NCBI GenBank assembly: GCA_017551705.1 | Contig: JAFZLA010000095.1 | Location: 2,629 to 66,628, forward strand | DNA length: 64,000 nucleotides | Direction: 5' to 3' | Origin: Treponema sp. | Lineage (GTDB): Bacteria > Spirochaetota > Spirochaetia > Treponematales > Treponemataceae | Shown here: piece by piece, positions 26,369 to 34,760 of the stretch | Layout of the letters: every line of letters starts with the position of its first letter | How positions within the stretch are numbered: position 1 is the stretch's first letter | Program-made: the position numbers and the translations under genes | Notes under the pieces: generated by a model | Seen by the model: only the letters and a program-made list of their open reading frames with translations | Database searches by the model: none | Told to the model about the DNA's origin: nothing

Positions 26369-27355
26369 CTAAAGAACTCTCGAAAACTCTTTTACAATCT
26401 GGGGAATCAGCGTTGCGATTTTGCCTTGGACGCTCATGCCGCTGGCGTTTTTGTGGCCGCCGCCGCCAAACTTGGCCGCCACCGCGCTGACGTCAACGTC
26501 GTCAAGGCTGCGGAATCCGCCTGTGCAAGAAGTTTCGGTCTCTTGGCGCAAAAAGACGGCGGCCTGGATTCCTTGCGCGCTCAAAAGGGCGGTGTAAAGG
26601 CTGTCGCTGTCGCGGCCTTCCTGGCCCCAATTTTTTGTGTCTTCCATCGTCTCGTAGGTAAGGGCAAGCTTTCCGTTGCAGTAAAGCTCTGTCCGCGAAA
26701 GCAAAAGGCCCAGCAATTTGCGGGTGGACCAAGGCTTTCCGCCCGTTATGTGGTTGTACATTTTGTTGGGGTTGGCCCCGTATCGCACAAGGCGAGCGGC
26801 AAGCTCAAAAACGTCCGCGCTGTCCTCGCGCAAAAATCTAAAAAATCCCGTGTCCGTGCTAAGGCCCAAGAACATTATTTTGGCGGTCTCGGGGTCGGGC
26901 TGGCCAACGATGTTTTCGTAGAGCATCGTCAAAAGGCATACGGCCGCGGGGCTTGTTGGGTCAATCACGCTTTGCGCGCCCTCTGGAGTCTCCGCAGTTT
27001 TGTGGTGGTCCACGATAAAGGTGTCAAAGCCTTTAAGGCCGTCGCCGTAGTCTCCGATTCGGTTGAGCTCCGAACAGTCCACAATCAAAAGGCCGGTTTT
27101 TTTGCGGTCCTCTTGGCTCAAAAAGGGAATTTGGTCTGTAAAGTCTTTTTCAAACTGGCGGATCTCAGGCCGCTTAAAAGGCCCCGCGTTGAGCAAAATG
27201 TATTCCTTGTTCAGCGCCTTAAGGATGGCCGCCGCGGCCAGGCTGCTTGAAACGCAATCGCCGTCCGGATCCTTGTGGCCGGCCACGATAAAAGCGTCGT
27301 GGCTCTGCGCAAAGGCCCTAAAGGCGGCGATTTGTTCGGAGTCTAAAATTTTCAT
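26369..27355 (-). CDS. nrnA: DHH-family phosphoesterase (NrnA-like oligoribonuclease/pAp phosphatase)
   Basis: GHKDPDGDCVSS, IVDHH and GGGHKNASG (DHHA1) motifs. Confidence 0.85.
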   Translation of the reverse strand: MKILDSEQIAAFRAFAQSHDAFIVAGHKDPDGDCVSSSLAAAAILKALNKEYILLNAGPFKRPEIRQFEKDFTDQIPFLSQEDRKKTGLLIVDCSELNRIGDYGDGLKGFDTFIVDHHKTAETPEGAQSVIDPTSPAAVCLLTMLYENIVGQPDPETAKIMFLGLSTDTGFFRFLREDSADVFELAARLVRYGANPNKMYNHITGGKPWSTRKLLGLLLSRTELYCNGKLALTYETMEDTKNWGQEGRDSDSLYTALLSAQGIQAAVFLRQETETSCTGGFRSLDDVDVSAVAAKFGGGGHKNASGMSVQGKIATLIPQIVKEFSRVL

Positions 27356-27364
27356 CTGGGGGAA

Positions 27365-27790
27365 CTATAGTTCCAACTCAACGGACTCAACGCCGTCTGT
27401 GGACTCAACTTTGTTTTCGTTGGCGATTCCCCAAATGCGGTCGTTGTGGTTTGTGGGAACTGTGAGCATAACCTTTAAAAAGCTTCCGCTCTTTTTAACG
27501 ATTGTCACATAGGGAGTGATTTTGGGCGGGCAGTTGCGCACCAAAAGCTTTTTGACCGTGTCAGGCTTGTTCTTTGCCCATTCCTTGGGAATTGTAACCG
27601 TTCCCATCTTGTGGCCGGCCTTGCCGTAAATGACAGTGTAGGCTTTTGCCGAATCCATCACTTTATAAACAGGAGCGCTGTAATAGGAAATTTCTGATTT
27701 TTTGTGGCCGCCCACATTCTCCGCGGCAAAGGCTCCTGCCAAAACAACAGACGCCAAAATGGCCGCCAAACAAATCTTTTTTGCGTTCAT
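27365..27790 (-). CDS. Small secreted hypothetical protein
   Basis: The start is at MNAKKICLAAILASVVLAGAFAAE, preceded by GGAGG. No family was recognised. Confidence 0.55.
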   Translation of the reverse strand: MNAKKICLAAILASVVLAGAFAAENVGGHKKSEISYYSAPVYKVMDSAKAYTVIYGKAGHKMGTVTIPKEWAKNKPDTVKKLLVRNCPPKITPYVTIVKKSGSFLKVMLTVPTNHNDRIWGIANENKVESTDGVESVELEL

Positions 27791-28012
27791 AAAAAACCTC
27801 CGTGTAGGTTTATCTATAATAGCGCGCAAAGCCTTTTTTGTAAAGGAGAATTTTTGCCCTTTGCCACCTATTTTTCCCCCAATTTTGCCATAAATTTACA
27901 GTTTTTTTTCTAAAAAAGTCCCAAAATATTATAAAAAATCTCTTATCGTGTGTACCTTATATGCAGAGAATCGCAAAGAGACGGTTAACAATTTTTTATC
28001 AAGGAGTTCTGT

Positions 28013-28882
28013 ATGAAAAAGAACAAAAGCAGAAAGAATAGCGCGTCGGAAGAAAAACGTATTTTGGAGAAGAAATGGAAGCGCGCGACGCTCTCCAACA
28101 ACTTCATCTTTTACAAGGTTATGAGAGCGCACCCGGACGCCTGCCGGCGCCTGATAGAAATGCTTTTGGGCGTCAAAATCAAAAGAATGAAAATGAGCCA
28201 AGAGGAGACCATAGCCATTGACCCCGACGCAAAAAGCATCCGCCTTGACGTCTTTGTCAAGGGCACCGGCAAAATGTATGACGTGGAGATGCAAATGGCC
28301 AACACGCACGAGCTGGCGGAGCGCTCCCGCTATTACCAAGGTGTCATGGACGTTGACACGCTCAAGCCTAAGCAAAAGTACAAGGACCTGCCGGACAGCC
28401 ATGTGATTTTCATTTGCCTGGAGGACATCTTTAAGAACGGACTGCCGGTAAACACCTTTGAGAACATCTGTATAGAGGACGGCAAGACAAAATTGCGCGA
28501 CAGGGCGTGGAAGCACTTCTTTTTTGCGCCGCTTTGCGCTACAATGATTGATGATGAGGAAGTCAAGGCGTTCTTTGAATTCTTGATTTCGAACCAAGCG
28601 TCCAGCGGCTACACCGACGAGCTGAAAGCCTACGTAGCTGACGCGAAACGAAGCGCGGAGAACAAGATGCAATTTATGACTTGGGAACGACAAAGAGCTT
28701 ACGACTACGACGACGGAAAGGAAGCTGGCATCGCGATTGGCGCCCAGCAAAAAGCCATTGAAGACGCCAAGAAGTTTCTTGCCGACGGCAAATACACGGC
28801 AGAGGAAATCTCTGGCTTGCTGGGAATCCCTGTAGAGGCATTCGCCGAGCCCGACTCCGCCCCCGCACCTGCCCAACCTTGA
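28013..28882 (+). CDS. Rpn/YhgA-like PD-(D/E)XK nuclease ('putative transposase', TIGR01784-type), copy 1
   Basis: NNFIFYKVMRAHPDACRRLIEMLLG, IRLDVFVKGTGKMYDVEMQ (D...E.Q core) and RSRYYQG are present. The C-terminal helix is AQQKAIEDAKKFL and the tail is APAPAQP. Confidence 0.75.
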   Translation: MKKNKSRKNSASEEKRILEKKWKRATLSNNFIFYKVMRAHPDACRRLIEMLLGVKIKRMKMSQEETIAIDPDAKSIRLDVFVKGTGKMYDVEMQMANTHELAERSRYYQGVMDVDTLKPKQKYKDLPDSHVIFICLEDIFKNGLPVNTFENICIEDGKTKLRDRAWKHFFFAPLCATMIDDEEVKAFFEFLISNQASSGYTDELKAYVADAKRSAENKMQFMTWERQRAYDYDDGKEAGIAIGAQQKAIEDAKKFLADGKYTAEEISGLLGIPVEAFAEPDSAPAPAQP

Positions 28883-29026
28883 CGCGTCCGCGTCTATGTT
28901 ACCGCTTTTCTAAAAAACGAAAAAAAATGCTTTTTTTTCTTGACAAAGAAAAATATGTGTGTTAATATTTAGGGTAAAAAGGCAGACCTAGTTCTGTTTT
29001 TTAAAAAATAAGGAGGTTTTTTCATT

Positions 29027-30199
29027 ATGAAAAAATTGATTGGAGCTTTGGCTCTTGCTGCTATGGTAGCTGCTTCAGCTTTCGCTGAGGTTTCTTTTGG
29101 AGCTTGGGTTTGCAACCTTCCCTCACTCATCGCTTCTGATGGCGACGGAATTAAGGGTGGCGCTGCTAACAACCCATGGGGTGGTTGGAGACCGGCTCGC
29201 GCCGACATCCGCTTCTCATCTGACGATGGAAAAGCTGGAATGATCTTGGGTGTCTACACCGACTTCATCAACGACAAGGGAGAAATCTCTAAGGGTTGGT
29301 CACACTCTGACAACACTCTTATGTGGATTAAACCCATCGACCAGATCACTCTTTCTTTGGGATCTCACGACAACTTCTTCGGAACACGCGGCGACCTCTG
29401 CTACGGTTCTTGGAACTGGCTCCGCCCGGAAGCCACAACAAACAACGTTCGCTGGGGTGAAGGATTCACATTCGACGCCAACGCTGGTTGGAGAGATCAC
29501 GGACTTGGATTGCAGATCGTTCCTCTCGAAGCTTTGAAGATTTTCGCCTTCGTTCCGCTTGACGGAAACATCAAGACATTGGACAAAGTATTCGGCAAAG
29601 GCTGGTACGGCGCCATGTACACAATCGACGGAATTGGTAAAATCAAGGCTCAGTTGAAGGCCAACTCTGACGAGACAAACGGAAAGAAAGAAATCGGTAC
29701 ATTCGAGGCCGCTTTCGACTTGACAGCTGTTGACAAGCTCTATGCCACTGTTGGCGTTGACTTCAACATCAAAGACTCTGACCTCTATGGAAAGGGAGAC
29801 AAGATGTTCGGCGTTCAGGTTGGCGCTTCTTATGGAATCACAGAAGCCTTCAAGCTTTCTGCTGACTTCTCTATCGGAATCCTCAAGGACGGAGACATGG
29901 CTTTGGCCTTCGGCGTTGGTCTTGACTACGCTGTTAACGACGCTCTCGGATTGGTTGCCGACGTTCGCATGTTCATGCCCAACAACGACTGCAACTCTAT
30001 GATGAGCTTCTTGGTTGGAGCCACATATGCTTGCGGATCTAACGCTTCATTGGGACTTGGCTTCCAGGCTGCCATGCAGATGGGCGACAAGGTCAATGTT
30101 AACGCTTGCCAGATTAAGTACGTAAAGGCCGCTGTTGTTGACGGAGAAGCCAAGAAGTTCGTCTTCGCTGTACCGCTCCGCTTCAACGTTTGGTTCTAA
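29027..30199 (+). CDS. Putative outer-membrane beta-barrel protein, family C, copy 2
   Basis: MKKLIGALALAAMVAASAFAE signal peptide; the protein ends ...AVPLRFNVWF; AGGAGG lies upstream. Confidence 0.72.
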   Translation: MKKLIGALALAAMVAASAFAEVSFGAWVCNLPSLIASDGDGIKGGAANNPWGGWRPARADIRFSSDDGKAGMILGVYTDFINDKGEISKGWSHSDNTLMWIKPIDQITLSLGSHDNFFGTRGDLCYGSWNWLRPEATTNNVRWGEGFTFDANAGWRDHGLGLQIVPLEALKIFAFVPLDGNIKTLDKVFGKGWYGAMYTIDGIGKIKAQLKANSDETNGKKEIGTFEAAFDLTAVDKLYATVGVDFNIKDSDLYGKGDKMFGVQVGASYGITEAFKLSADFSIGILKDGDMALAFGVGLDYAVNDALGLVADVRMFMPNNDCNSMMSFLVGATYACGSNASLGLGFQAAMQMGDKVNVNACQIKYVKAAVVDGEAKKFVFAVPLRFNVWF

Positions 30200-30257
30200 T
30201 CTGACTTTTTGCAGGGCTTGCCCCTGCAATCGGTTGGCTTAAAGCCACAGGCTAAAA

Positions 30258-30289
30258 GCCGTCTGCCTTGCGGCGGACGGCTTTTTTTT
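30258..30289 (+). terminator. Intrinsic terminator after family C copy 2
   Basis: GCCGTCTGCC-TTGC-GGCGGACGGC followed by T8. A mirror copy lies on the minus strand near 34670-34702. Confidence 0.7.
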
Positions 30290-30377
30290 CTTGTCAAGAG
30301 TTTTCTTGACGGACATTTAGTAACTTTAGCTAAAAATAATTGTTTAATTTAAAAATACAGTTTTACAGGAGTGTTTT

Positions 30378-31247
30378 ATGAAAAAACTCATTCTTATCGC
30401 GGCGCTTATGGCGGCCGTTTTGAGCTTGGCCGCAGCCAAAAAAGCAAAGCAAATTGACCCCTACGACGACCAAAAAATGCATCCAACTGACCGCACCGGC
30501 TTGGACAAGTGGCTTGGCACAAACCGCTACGACGTTCTTGACGAAGTGGGCATGTATATCCGCCCTGTAGTTGGAAAAATAAAGGCAAAAAAAGGCAACT
30601 TTATCTACCGCCGCGGCACGGATGTGGCTGGCTTCCGCATCTACTACGACACAAGCGCCTACACGGTTGAGATGGCAAAAGAGACCAGACAAACTTGTTG
30701 TGACGCTATCGACAAATACATGGACGACTTTGCCAACAAGCGCTTGGACAGAAAGAGCAAATTGGAAAAGACAAGGCGCGCCTACGGTTCCGCCCCTGGC
30801 TATCAGGAATACGGCATAGCGATCAAGATGATGAACTACAAGGCAAAGCCGACATTTTACTTTGGATACGCCTTTGTTAACGGCAGCCCCTACTTTGTGA
30901 TTCACGCCGCCAAGGCCAAGAACCTTGCTTTGGAGGGAGGGCACGCCGATTCCCAGAACACAGAGACGCTTCCTCAAAACTACTTCTTTACCCGCGCCCA
31001 AGCGCAAAAGCTTAAGGAATATATTTGCGAGGAGAACATAAGCCTCTTCCACGACGCTGAAGAAGAAAAGAATGGCGAGCTTAAGAGCGACGCTGTTAAT
31101 GACGAATATAACGAGGCTGACGGCGTTGTTCCCGAAAAAAAGAAAAAGGCCAAAAAGGTAAAAAATGCTGCCCCCGAAGGCGACGCTTATGACGACGCTC
31201 CCGCCGAAGAGGACATTACGCCAATTAATACGGTCAACGAGCGCTAA
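30378..31247 (+). CDS. Secreted protein, family B, copy 2
   Basis: Signal peptide MKKLILIAALMAAVLSLAAA. It is a paralog of 16307-17179 and 33708-34580. The tail is KKKKAKKVKNAAPEGDAYDDAPAEEDITPINTVNER. Confidence 0.75.
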   Translation: MKKLILIAALMAAVLSLAAAKKAKQIDPYDDQKMHPTDRTGLDKWLGTNRYDVLDEVGMYIRPVVGKIKAKKGNFIYRRGTDVAGFRIYYDTSAYTVEMAKETRQTCCDAIDKYMDDFANKRLDRKSKLEKTRRAYGSAPGYQEYGIAIKMMNYKAKPTFYFGYAFVNGSPYFVIHAAKAKNLALEGGHADSQNTETLPQNYFFTRAQAQKLKEYICEENISLFHDAEEEKNGELKSDAVNDEYNEADGVVPEKKKKAKKVKNAAPEGDAYDDAPAEEDITPINTVNER

Positions 31248-31298
31248 CGCGCTTAGATTAAATTTGAATTTTTTTTGGAAATATAAAGGAGGTTCCAA

Positions 31299-31766
31299 AT
31301 GAAAAAATTATTTACAGTTTTTGCAGTAGCCGCTGTTATGGCTGCCGGCGCTTTTGCCCAGGACGTAACCGGAGGCGTTGACGCCGTTACAGGCGCCGCC
31401 GCTACTGTAGGCGAAGTTGCCAATGTAAGCGAGACTTTGCAGGGCGTTTGGTTTGATCAAAAGTATAACTGCAACTGGCAGTTCCAGGTCAACAGCGGCA
31501 GCGAAGCTTTCTGTGTCCTTAAGGACGCCAGCAGCGGAGCCGTTATTTACACGTTCACTCGCGCCAAGGTAAAGAACTTTAAGGGTGAGATGGAAGCCAA
31601 CAAGTTCGTTTTGTCATGGGAATGCCCGGCCAAGAACCGCATCTACAAGTTCGTAAAAGAATTTGCCGGAAACAGCGACTTGCTCTTGGACATCTATAAC
31701 GACTACTACAAAGAGCGCCACTCAACAAGAATTACTTTTGTTAACGCTGACGCCCGCGTTGAGTAA
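31299..31766 (+). CDS. Small secreted protein, family A, copy 2
   Basis: Nearly identical to 33189-33656, differing by roughly a dozen substitutions over 155 aa. AGGAGG lies upstream. Confidence 0.78.
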   Translation: MKKLFTVFAVAAVMAAGAFAQDVTGGVDAVTGAAATVGEVANVSETLQGVWFDQKYNCNWQFQVNSGSEAFCVLKDASSGAVIYTFTRAKVKNFKGEMEANKFVLSWECPAKNRIYKFVKEFAGNSDLLLDIYNDYYKERHSTRITFVNADARVE

Positions 31767-31807
31767 GATCCACTTTTTGAAAAAAAAGTGACTTTGTCAC
31801 AGGATCC

Positions 31808-31836
31808 GCCCCGCGATTTTCGCGGGGCATTTTTTA
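31808..31836 (+). terminator. Intrinsic terminator after family A copy 2
   Basis: GCCCCGCG-ATTTT-CGCGGGGC followed by ATTTTTT. Confidence 0.7.
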
Positions 31837-31872
31837 TAGAAAAAAAATTTAAAGCGTGATAGAATAATTCCT

Positions 31873-32409
31873 ATGAAAAAGAAGGCGACATTTTTTGCTC
31901 TGCTAACATTGCTCTTGTTGAACGGAATTTGCGCCCAAGAATTTGTTAAAGTCACCGTTGACCAAAAGACAAGGCAAGCGCAAATAATCGACAAAGAAAT
32001 TGACGGCAAAAAAATGCGCGGAATTCTTGTTTACGCGCATAACGCTTGGCGCAATATTTTTTTTGACCAAAACGAGTTGCCGCAAATCAAGCAGGCGGCC
32101 GAAAAATATTTTTTGGATTTTGACGCGCTCAAATTAAAAAAAGGCAAAAAAGACACCATAAAAAAATACGGCTCAACCCCTCTTTTTATTGAATGGGGAA
32201 GCGACAAAAATTCAATCGACAGATTTTCGGACACGAGGGCTGATTTGGGCTATGTTTTTGTAAAGCAAGCCCCGTATTTTGCAATCACAATCCATTCCGC
32301 CCAAAACAAAAATCCAGATTGCGCTCAGCTGGCCTACAAAGATTCACCAAAACTGTTTCTGTTGTTCACCCGCTCCCAACTTAACGATTTGCTGGCAAAG
32401 ATTTTTTAA
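31873..32409 (+). CDS. Secreted 178-aa protein, a divergent and truncated relative of family B
   Basis: It has signal peptide MKKKATFFALLTLLLLNGICAQ. It shares GYVFV..APYF.I..H.A.N and FTRSQ...L with the family B core and lacks the charged tail. Confidence 0.6.
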   Translation: MKKKATFFALLTLLLLNGICAQEFVKVTVDQKTRQAQIIDKEIDGKKMRGILVYAHNAWRNIFFDQNELPQIKQAAEKYFLDFDALKLKKGKKDTIKKYGSTPLFIEWGSDKNSIDRFSDTRADLGYVFVKQAPYFAITIHSAQNKNPDCAQLAYKDSPKLFLLFTRSQLNDLLAKIF

Positions 32410-32935
32410 CTTTTTCTTTTTTTAGCAATGTGTATCTAGGCTGACCAAAAGAATAATCAATGGATCTTTTAGGAAAAAAAGTTCTGCACATTTGATTTTT
32501 TAAATTATTTTCTTCCCTGCTTCCAAGAAATAAATATACAGGGTTCTCGTTATATACTCCTTCGAGCAAAAAATCGGCCTTTATCTGGGAATAGACACGA
32601 ACATTTTCGTTATACTTGAATATAAGTTGATCGCTGTCCAAAAGCTCTTCAAGATGGCAAAGCGGTTCAAGCCTGTCCGACATTTTTTCATAAAACAGGC
32701 TTTTTTCAATCATTGTTTGACTGATTTTTCCTTCAATGATTTTATCAAAAAGACATTCCCTTGTACCTCGGAGAACTTGTCTTATATCCGTCAATTTGTG
32801 CAGACCCGCTATATGATGGAAATCCATTTTTTGAAATGTTAAGGAAAATTCTCTAACAACACCTTTTCGGGCTATTGTAAAGTTATAGACCACATCAAGA
32901 AGTTTTAAATAACTTTGAGCGCATTTTAAAATCAA
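32381..32935 (-). CDS. PBECR4-like predicted nuclease (Barnase-EndoU-ColicinE5/D-RelE fold family), 184 aa
   Basis: MDFHHIAGLHKLTDI, VYSQIKADFLLE and CRTFFP match my recollection of PBECR4-domain proteins (DFHHLxGL ... YSxIxAD ... FFP). The start is TTG at 32935 with GGAGA 10 nt upstream. The gene looks AT-rich by eye. Confidence 0.5.
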   Translation of the reverse strand: MILKCAQSYLKLLDVVYNFTIARKGVVREFSLTFQKMDFHHIAGLHKLTDIRQVLRGTRECLFDKIIEGKISQTMIEKSLFYEKMSDRLEPLCHLEELLDSDQLIFKYNENVRVYSQIKADFLLEGVYNENPVYLFLGSREENNLKNQMCRTFFPKRSIDYSFGQPRYTLLKKEKVKKSLPANR

Positions 32936-32952
32936 TTGTAAGCGTCTCCAAC

Positions 32953-32982
32953 AAAAAAACCCGCCTTAATAAAAAGGCGGGC
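32953..32982 (-). terminator. Intrinsic terminator immediately upstream of the PBECR4-like ORF
   Basis: The minus strand reads CCCGCCUU-UUUAUU-AAGGCGGG followed by U7. The terminator ends about 4 nt before the ORF's SD. Confidence 0.75.
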
Positions 32983-33126
32983 TTAAATTGAGCATTTTCT
33001 TTCGGCTTGCGCCTAGCTGGGTCGGGGTACCGCTGCACAACCCCTCCGGAAGGCTCAATAAGAAACTGCATCCCAGCGCAACTTCTTACTTCATCGCCTT
33101 AACAGACACACACGTTGCCTGTCGAT
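32953..33126 (-). ncRNA. Unclassified ~175-nt structured RNA or 5' leader
   Basis: It is bounded by a near-consensus promoter and the terminator. Internal helices seen by eye are UUGCG-CUGGG pairing with CCCAG-(CUAGG)-CGCAA, the hairpin GGGGU...ACCCC, and an alternative pairing of CUUAUUGAGC with GCUCAAUUUAAG that reaches into the terminator 5' flank. Confidence 0.45.
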
Positions 33127-33132
33127 ACTTAT

Positions 33133-33161
33133 AATATACAACAAATCCTTACGGTTGTCAA
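33133..33161 (-). promoter_or_regulatory. Near-consensus sigma70 promoter driving the structured RNA and PBECR4-like gene
   Basis: The minus strand has TTGACA (33161-33156), a 17-nt spacer and TATATT (33138-33133). It lies about 30 nt downstream of the family A copy 3 stop. Confidence 0.6.
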
Positions 33162-33188
33162 GGTATAAAACAAGTCATCCCAAAAAAC

Positions 33189-33656
33189 TTACTCAACGCT
33201 GGCGTCAGCGTTAACTAAAGTAATTCTTGTTGAGTGGCGCTCTTGGTAGTAGTCGTTGAAGATGTCCAAGAGCAAGTCGCTGTTTCCGGCAAATTCTTTT
33301 ACAAACTTGTAAATGCGGTTCTTGGCCGGGCATTCCCAAGACAAAACGAACTTGTTGGCTTCCATCTCGCCCTTAAAGTTCTTTACCTTGGCGCGTGTGA
33401 ACGTGTAAACCACCGCTCCGCTGCTGGCGTCCTTAAGAACGCAGAAGGCGTCAGAGCTGCTGTTAACCTGAAACTGCCAGTTGCAGTTGTACTTCTTGTC
33501 AAACCAAACGCCCTGCAAGGTCTCACTAACATTGGCAACTTCGCCTACAGTAGCGGCGGCGCCTGTAACGGCGTCAACGCCTCCAGTTACGTCCTGGGCA
33601 AAAACGCCGGCAGCCATAACGGCAGCTACTGCAAAAACTGTAAATAATTTTTTCAT
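33189..33656 (-). CDS. Small secreted protein, family A, copy 3
   Basis: Near-identical to copy 2. Confidence 0.78.
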   Translation of the reverse strand: MKKLFTVFAVAAVMAAGVFAQDVTGGVDAVTGAAATVGEVANVSETLQGVWFDKKYNCNWQFQVNSSSDAFCVLKDASSGAVVYTFTRAKVKNFKGEMEANKFVLSWECPAKNRIYKFVKEFAGNSDLLLDIFNDYYQERHSTRITLVNADASVE

Positions 33657-33707
33657 TTGGAACCTCCTTTATATTTCCAAAAAAAATTCTAATTTAATCT
33701 AAGCGCG

Positions 33708-34580
33708 TTAGCGCTCGTTGACCGTATTAATTGGCGTAATGTCCTCTTCTGCGGGAGCGTCGTCATAAGCGTCGCCTTCGGGGTCAGCCTTTTTTGCCTT
33801 TTTGGCCTTTTTCTTTTTTTCAGGGATCGTGCTGTCCGCTTCTGTGTATTCATCGTTCTCAGCGTCAGCTCTAAGACCGCCAAGTTTCTTCTCCTCTTCG
33901 TCATGAAACAGGCTTATGTTCTCTTCGCAGATAAATTCCTTAAGCCTTTGAGCCTGAGCTCGGGTAAAAAAATAATTTTGCGGAATGGTTTCCATGTTCG
34001 GAGTTTCCGCGACATGTTTTCCCTCTAGTGTCAAGTTTTTTGCCTTGGCTGAATGAATTACAAAATAAGGGCTTCCGTCCACAAAGGCGTAGCCAAAGTA
34101 AAATGTCGGCTTGGCCTTATAGTTCATCATGCTAATAGCAACTCCAAATTCTTGGTAACCTGGAGCAGAGCCGTAGACACGGCGTGATTTCTCAAGCTTG
34201 GCCTTGCGGTCAAGGCGCTTGTTTGCAAAGTCGTCCATATACCTGTCTATAGCATCGCAGCAGATTTGCCTAGTCTCTTTTGCCATCTCAACAGTATATG
34301 CCGTTGTGTCATAGTAAACGCGGTAGCCAGCCACATCCGTGCCGCGGCGGTAGATGAAATTACCGCGCTTTGCCTTAATCTTGCCAACAAGGGGCTTAAT
34401 ATATATTCCCGCCTCGTCAAGAACTTCATAGCGGTTGGTTCCCAAAAATTTTTCAAGGCCGCTGCGGTCAGTGGGATGCATTTTTTTGTCGTCATAGGGG
34501 TCAATTTGCTTTGCTTTTTTGGCTGTAGCCAAGCTCAAAACGGCAGCCATAAGCGCCGCAAAAAGAATGAGTTTTTTCAT
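33708..34580 (-). CDS. Secreted protein, family B, copy 3
   Basis: The start is at MKKLILFAALMAAVLSLATA (ATG 34580). The C-terminal 20 aa are identical to copy 2. Confidence 0.75.
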   Translation of the reverse strand: MKKLILFAALMAAVLSLATAKKAKQIDPYDDKKMHPTDRSGLEKFLGTNRYEVLDEAGIYIKPLVGKIKAKRGNFIYRRGTDVAGYRVYYDTTAYTVEMAKETRQICCDAIDRYMDDFANKRLDRKAKLEKSRRVYGSAPGYQEFGVAISMMNYKAKPTFYFGYAFVDGSPYFVIHSAKAKNLTLEGKHVAETPNMETIPQNYFFTRAQAQRLKEFICEENISLFHDEEEKKLGGLRADAENDEYTEADSTIPEKKKKAKKAKKADPEGDAYDDAPAEEDITPINTVNER

Positions 34581-34760
34581 ATAAAACACTCCTGTAAAAC
34601 TGTATTTTTAAATTAAACAATTGTTTTTAACTAAAGTTACTAAATGTCCGTCAAGAAAACTCTTGACAAGAAAAAAAAGCCGTCCGCCGCAAGGCAGACA
34701 GCTTTTAGCCTGTGGCTTTAAGCCAACCGATTGCAGGGACAAGCCCTGCAAAAAGTCAGA

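Larger units (their letters stand above)
29012..31769 (+). repeat. Left arm of a ~2.76-kb inverted duplication (cassette C-B-A)
   Basis: The reverse complement of 33186-35954 is collinear with this arm. The signal-peptide coding region of C, the C-B intergenic region and gene A are near-identical, while the central parts of C and B diverge. Confidence 0.85.

Noticed and set aside
26324-27250. 308-aa plus-strand ORF opposite nrnA
   Set aside because: It is a shadow ORF in GC-richer coding DNA with an Ala/Arg/Val-rich nonsense composition. nrnA on the other strand has DHH/DHHA1 motifs.
27929-28876. 315-aa ORF on the minus strand covering the whole Rpn copy 1 gene
   Set aside because: It is antisense to a gene with clear family motifs and a good SD. 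It has no recognisable motifs and no RBS context, so it is a typical shadow ORF.
28013-28882. Annotating the Rpn-family genes as IS elements or transposases
   Set aside because: I found no terminal inverted repeats or target-site duplications around any copy. The family is a PD-(D/E)XK nuclease whose 'transposase' label is historical, so the genes are typed as CDS or pseudogene instead.
30290-30377. Calling a defined sigma70 promoter for family B genes around the GTCAAGA-GTTT-TCTTGAC palindrome
   Set aside because: Several TTGACN/TTGTCA boxes are present, but none has a convincing -10 at 16-18 nt. Only the palindrome itself is noted, under the inverted-duplication finding.
32953-33126. Identification of the structured RNA as SRP (4.5S) RNA or 6S RNA
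   Set aside because: A UCCGGA/GCAGC-containing stretch prompted the SRP idea. However, the conserved domain IV pattern (GGUCC-GGAA-GGAAGCAGCC with a symmetric loop) is not present. The 5' and 3' ends also do not form the long closing helix expected for 6S. It is therefore left unclassified.
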